A stretch of 64,000 nucleotides of DNA, taken from Chrysomallon squamiferum (taxonomy: Eukaryota; Animalia; Mollusca). The first letter of the stretch is position 1; the number at the start of each line of letters is the position of its first letter. The translations under genes were made by a program, and so were the position numbers. The stretch spans positions 3,224,001 through 3,288,000 of the forward strand of contig CM022670.1 of NCBI GenBank assembly GCA_012295275.1. The letters are read 5' to 3'. The notes under the pieces were generated by a model that saw only the letters and a program-made list of their open reading frames with translations, had not been told where the DNA came from and made no database searches. This document shows, in pieces, positions 57,966 to 64,000 of this stretch.

Positions 57966-58340
57966 CTGATGGAGATTTTGGTTCTTCTGGCTCGCTAGTG
58001 TTAATCCACAGCTCCAGGGAAACCCTGGCATACGAGTAACCCATGACAACCAGAGGCATGATCAGTAATAACACATCAAGCAGAACCGTGTACATTTTCT
58101 CCATCAGGCCGTCGTCCCAAATCTCCCGACATGCTCTGCTGCCGTCGGCGATGCTGATGACTTTGTTGAAACAGGCGATGGGTATCATCACCAGGAACGC
58201 CGTCACCCATATGACGCAGATGACCTTGTAAGAATGGGACAGGGTCTGCCAACGTCGTGACTTCAGCGGTTGACAAATGGCGTAATATCTCTCTGTGGAT
58301 ATCGCTTCCAGAGTAAGACAGCTGACTGCCACTGACACGG
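57966..58340 (-). CDS. Cholecystokinin/sulfakinin receptor-like class A GPCR, exon encoding TM3 to TM5 and the start of ICL3
   Basis: VSVAVSCLTLEAISTERYYAICQPLKSRRWQTLSHSYKVICVIW matches the CCKR-family ERY..AIC.PL.SR.WQT.SH motif. The ECL2 Cys (ACREIW) and TM5 LLLIMPLVVMGYSY are present. Acceptor ttttcag lies at 58341 and donor gtaaat at 57965. Confidence 0.9.
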
Positions 58341-60853
58341 CTGAAAATAAAAATAGTAGCAGTAGTAGTAGTAGTCGTAGTAGTAGTAGTCGTAGTAGTA
58401 GTAAAATAATATTAAAACAATAGCAATAATAATTATAACAACAACACTAATAATAATAACATTATTAATAATAATACTGATGATGATGATGATGATGATG
58501 GTAATATCTCTTTCTGTATATGTGTGGGCGTGTGCGTATGTGTGTGTGTGTAAGAGACAGAGAGAGAGAGAGAAACAGACAGACAGACACACACACACAC
58601 AGACAGACACACACACACACAGACAGACACACATACACACAGTTGTCGGTCCCTGTTTTTGAAACGGTTAATAGTATTCGTAGGAGGAGAAGTAATGGTT
58701 ATAACATTTCCTCTGTAGTTATGGTACTAGTAAGGGAAAATAATGGTAATAGTAATAACAGTAGTCGTAATAGTAGTAGCAACAGCAGCATCAGCAGTAG
58801 TAGCATAATAGTAATATCAGAAGTAGTAGTAGCTTTTGTTTTTGTAGCGTTAGTAGTAGTTACTTTTGTCATTACAGTACAAATTACATAAAATCAGATA
58901 CAGACATGCTCATATCATAAAATTACTAGTAAACATAAAGAAAATTCGTTTATCAAGCAGCCACGGGTTTGATGAAAACTCTCCCCTCTTCTTTCCGCTC
59001 TCCAGTTTATTCAGCTGAAACTTCCCTTCATTTCCATAACTAATAGTGAAGTCTGGAAGTGGAGGTGGTTTGGAGGTGGACACAATACTTTCACCACATT
59101 TACCGATAAAATGATCCACACGGTTTAGCCGCAAGCTCTGTGTGGAGAAACAAACAATCTCATGTCGGCAAATAGACTAGACTCCTGATTAAGCAAAGCA
59201 GACACGAATTTATTACCTAAACACTGCAACCGAAAGAGAAATTCATCCTCGCGGCACTGGTGGTGTCCTGGTTTTGTCAGGGGTCTCAAAGTCGCTTATT
59301 CAATCGAAAGCTTTAGGGGAGGAGTTATTTGCAACGTAAGAAGAGTTTTTTTGTTATGTAACAAACCTTTAGACCTGTTCTTTAAGTCAACGGCAGAAAG
59401 ACGAGACTTTAATGTGGTGTATCCGAGCATCGGCTCCAGAAGAGATCTCTACTGGAAGGTTAGATTAACGTGAAAGCAAAGAACGATTACTGTTGTCCTG
59501 CTCATTTTGCTCGGTTACTGCTAGCACATGGCAGCGTTCTTAAGCTTTGAAAGAAATATTCATACCGACTCCAGCAAAATGAATCATTCATAATTATTTC
59601 ATTATTATTTGGGGGTTTTTTATTGGTTTTTTTTTTGTTTGTTTGTTTTGTTTTGTCTTTTTAAGAAAACGTTATTTTGAATTATTTGTTCCTGAGAAAC
59701 ATCTAGACGTAACGTTTTGCATATTCAAATGACTTTGTTAGTTTTGATATTTGCAGCTGTATTTGTCTCATTATAAAATAAATGGATGTCTCGTTCTCCC
59801 ACTTATCTGTGTGTTAAGAATGCAAAACGTCTCTATTTACAAATGTCTTTAATGAACAAGAAAACTGGAGAATTGCATGCGTGGTGCTGGTGTCAGAACA
59901 TTGGGTAATACAGAGTTATTATCATTGTTTTGCTTAAACGTTTTTCTTCTACAATTCATCTCTCAGCAGCAGCAGCAGCAATAACGACAACAACAACAAC
60001 AACAACAATAATAATAATAATTACACACACATACAAACAAATTTAAACAACAAAGAGAAAGAAAAAAAAAATTGAAGTAGAAAAGATAAAAAAAAAAAAA
60101 AACATTAACTTATATGCAGTCATTTAACCACTAAAACACTCGTTCAGATCCCCAAATCAGATAAGTTAAAACAGGTGCACATCAACAAAGCTAATACCTA
60201 ATACTACTTTCTTGACACTCATTTCCTCTTGCGCAAACTTCAAGTGATCATTTCTCTTTGTATAATCAAATATCAAGCGAACTAGACTGATGCGTAACAC
60301 AATCAATTATTTGTTCTTTGGAAAACAGTCTCAATGGATGCTGTCAGCCTCTTTTTGGAAGTAAGTCGCTCTTACGTCGGGAAGTGAAAAGAGGCTATGA
60401 CGTTGGTATCCTCGTTTTAATGAAATCACTGGAACATCTCGATTGTGTCAATGCCTCACTTAAAGAAAAGCAATTTAGTCTGGTCATCCTCTAATACAAA
60501 CAAGTTGATAGCTTATCCAGTTGTGTTTGAAGTTGACGTCTTTAAAATAAGGAAGCGTGAAAATGAATATATTTCTTCAAGAATTTTTTTATCGCAAATA
60601 TCAAATTTGATTTCTCTGTTTGCAACTTGTTTAGAGTACAGTTTTTGGTCTTCATATTAATTTAAATGTTAAGAACGCTGTACTGCAGAGGTTTGTATGT
60701 ATAAAGGTGTGTATGTGTGTGCGTATGTTTGTGTATTTATATTTATTTATCGATGGATGGAATAGTTCAACTTGTACCAATTCATTATTTATACAACTTT
60801 TATTAATGTTGTTGTTGCTGTTGCTGTTGCTGTTGTTGTTGTTGTTGTTGTTG

Positions 60854-60894
<41 letters not shown>

Positions 60895-63065
60895 ATAAAT
60901 CCAAAAACCATTATACTTCATCGTCTTAAAGATTCTAAAACTCTGACGCAACAAAATAAATCACGTCCCATTAGAAATAGAATCAATCGGATCTGTTGTA
61001 TTTTACTGACACCATTGCTCCCTAATCCAGATCTTCTTTGAATCTTTCTGATAAGAATTCGGCTACAACGGACAGTGAAAGCAATAATGAAACGGCTTTT
61101 ATAGCACAAACCGACCCACGGAAATAGAAACAGAAGTGGAACGACAGATAAGGAACACACCAAATTAGCGCCATTATTTAATTTCTTTCGTGAATTCGTT
61201 TTGATTTTATTTGATTCAGCTGTCGAGTTTGAAACGTGCACAGTTAATAAAGCATTTACAGATTATTCATTCTAATTAGTTTCAAATGCTTTCGTTATTC
61301 ATCGAAATAAAACATTGATTAATTCCAGTTTAAAGTTGTTTTTTGAACAAATACAAAAATGTTGACAGAGAAAAAATATTTAACAAGTAATAATAATAAA
61401 ATAATAATAATAAAGGAAAGAAAAAAGAAAACAACAACAAAAGCAGAGGTTGCTGATCAATGATTTCCGAATGAGAAAAAAGTAAGAAACGTGTTTGCGT
61501 TTTTATTGCGAATTTGCTTCTTTCAAAAGGAAAGTCTTGACCAGATGTGTGTAAGAATATTCCGCTTAATAACCAACTTTAATCTTCACTACCTATGTCT
61601 GTGTATATATCTATATAATTACATATGCATATATCATTGGCCAAAATTGATATACTTATCCCTTTCATCAGATTATACAAATTTTAATGATTAGTTTTAG
61701 ATAAAAGGAAAGCCCAGCTGAAATCTGTTTCAGGTAAGCAATTACTCCAAAGTAGTTACAAACTGCAGCTGATGTTTAAAATTACGAGCACGGGAAAGTT
61801 TCTGGGCTGACTTGATTATATAAAGCAATTCGGGCTACAGTGCAAAAGTCATGTTTATGAAGTATGAATATATATTATATGTTTGGGTTTTTTTTCTTGT
61901 TCTTTGTTCTTGTTGTTGTTTTGTATAATTATTTTACATGTTGCAAATCTGACAAGTGAAATGAATTATTACTAATTCTCTTTTACAACATATTCTACTT
62001 AAGCATCAGAGACTAGCAAATACTTTTGTTGTACGTGTGTCATCTCCAGCAATGTTGTTAAAATATGAATATTTGTTAATTTATTTTATTACTAAACACA
62101 AGACATATATTCCACTGTGAAATTGTCAACTAACATAACTCAGCTGTTTCCTTTCACTGATTACTCTAAAATTTATAATAACTTTACCACAGTTCACAAA
62201 TTCAACAGTAACAGATATTTATTACAATATGTCCCATAGTTAAACGAATTAATAGTTACGTTATTTTATATAACAAAGATGAGAAACTGGCTAGAATGTG
62301 AAATAGATAGAGGAGAGATTCGATCAGGACTGATAATGTTACCCGAAATTCTCTGAACGAGTTTTCTGTTACTGGGGAAAAAAATCTGCTCGCTTCTTGA
62401 CAAAAGTGCTAAAAATATCCGTTAATGTATCAAAACACTAACCTGAGCATCTTATTATTTCAAAACTTTGTTCTCCATAGTGTTCCATTTGTAATGGTTA
62501 AAAGAAAGTATTATAGTCACCTTGTAACATGTTATGCAACTAAAGCAATTGAAGTGAAATCAAAACTACTGGGTGTTATTTTTTCTCCTACATGTTGAAG
62601 ATTAATGGCTTGCAGTACAGAAGCTAAAATTTTCTCTCATTTATCAGTCTTCGTGTAGATTTTCGGCTCCTTGTGACACGACAACAAGACAGGCAATGGA
62701 TTACTCTGTGATGGCCTTGTCCACTGCTTTACGTATTGTTTTAAATCGTGAATCTTTGAGTCAAACGGCTACATCATGTCTTTGCTACACGAAACTTAAA
62801 ATGTCAATTTGATTATTGCTTTATAACAACGTCAGCGTTCTAAACCATGGATGTTAAACCAAACAATAACGGCTTGTTGATGCCAAATGAAAGTGTATAT
62901 ATATTGCTGCGACAAGTTGATGATGGCAAATTACCGTTATGGTATGATAAATGTGGCGTTTGTATACATCATGTAACAATGACAATGTTTTAACCTGTAG
63001 TGTGGATATCAAGTCAAATTATGACAGTTTAATATTGCCAAATGAAATTGAATTGCGCGCGCGCG

Positions 63066-63107
<42 letters not shown>

Positions 63108-64000
63108 TCTCACAGAGATTTCAAGTTTATCCACACAATATTTGCTATTTAATTATTATTGAAACTAAAATTAATTAAAATCAAAGAAAAAAAAAACACT
63201 TGATCTTTTCGTTACAAGCAAGAGAGTTATCAGGTAACTGTTTTTCCAAATGATTATTTACTGCTAGCGATTCCAGTAAGCACCATAAGGAGCACGTTCG
63301 TTTTCATATGCAAGTCATGTCACTTCCCGAAGACAGTTGATAAATTCCAGATATACTAGAAAAATGACAGATGGTCGAGAAAATTAAATAGCAGTTTGAT
63401 GGATCAATCATTTTCAGCTAAATTTAGTTTTCATGAAACAGACTGATACAGTTTGTTACTAAACCGAGTCTCCATTTTTGTCCTGTGACAAATTACAGGT
63501 TTGTCAGTAGTACACACGAGCAGTGTTTAACAAGACAAGTGAGATAAAGTACATTTAGAAAATATTTTTATTAACTTAAAATTCGAGATATTTGAGGCTC
63601 GTTTTTTTTATTACGATGTTTCAGCTTCGTTCACGTCCAATTGACTCTGTTTATTATTCGCTTCTAGCAGGGTTGACTTCTAAATTCATTTAACTAAAAT
63701 AATTTAATTTAAAATGCCTTCCCTTCGGCAAAAAACAATCTTAATTTTTTTTCTTCTTCTTTTTAAATATCTATAATAACAGCAGATAACTTAGATATCC
63801 GATAAATTTTCTGAGCAATCTCTGCATCTTCTTTTAACTGATCCACTAAAAACAATTTGTGTGTGTACGTGCATGTGTGCGTATGTGCGTATGGATTCCA
63901 CCTATTATACAAAAATATTTCAAAAGGATTTAAATTCCATTATGTTCATTAAAAGATCTGGGTAATTAAGTAAATTAATTTAAAACCAGTGTAACTAGAC

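Noticed and set aside
58910-59137. 74-aa minus-strand ORF with an acceptor-like ccacacag, a possible upstream GPCR exon
   Set aside because: No hydrophobic TM1/TM2 or GN/LAxxD motifs. The GPCR 5' exons probably lie beyond the window.

Overview
Eukaryotic (animal) genomic DNA: AT-rich, intron-rich and dense in microsatellites. The repeat content suggests a mollusc or gastropod, but that is inference only. I assembled three spliced genes by hand from GT-AG boundaries, and the reading frames are consistent in each. (1) TAF1, the largest TFIID subunit, on the minus strand: 23 coding exons from ATG 16485 to 420, about 1067 codons, running off the left edge. (2) A complete ubinuclein (UBN1/2, yemanuclein; HIRA complex) gene on the plus strand: 17 coding exons, 18728-37252, about 1331 aa, head-to-head with TAF1 across a CpG-rich promoter region. 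(3) The last two coding exons of a cholecystokinin/sulfakinin-type class A GPCR on the minus strand (57966-58340 and 46657-47204), whose 5' exons were not found in the window. Most ORFs in the supplied track are microsatellite artefacts. I see no convincing wholly new biological system. The best leads are a candidate 6-nt neural-type microexon in UBN, a UBN stop codon donated by a degenerate minisatellite, a second CpG island in UBN intron 1 with a perfect DR1/E-box and an antisense splice donor, an NPxxY-to-HPxxY receptor variant, an 80-nt near-perfect palindrome, a Tigger4/MER46-like remnant and a sharp CpG-depletion boundary.
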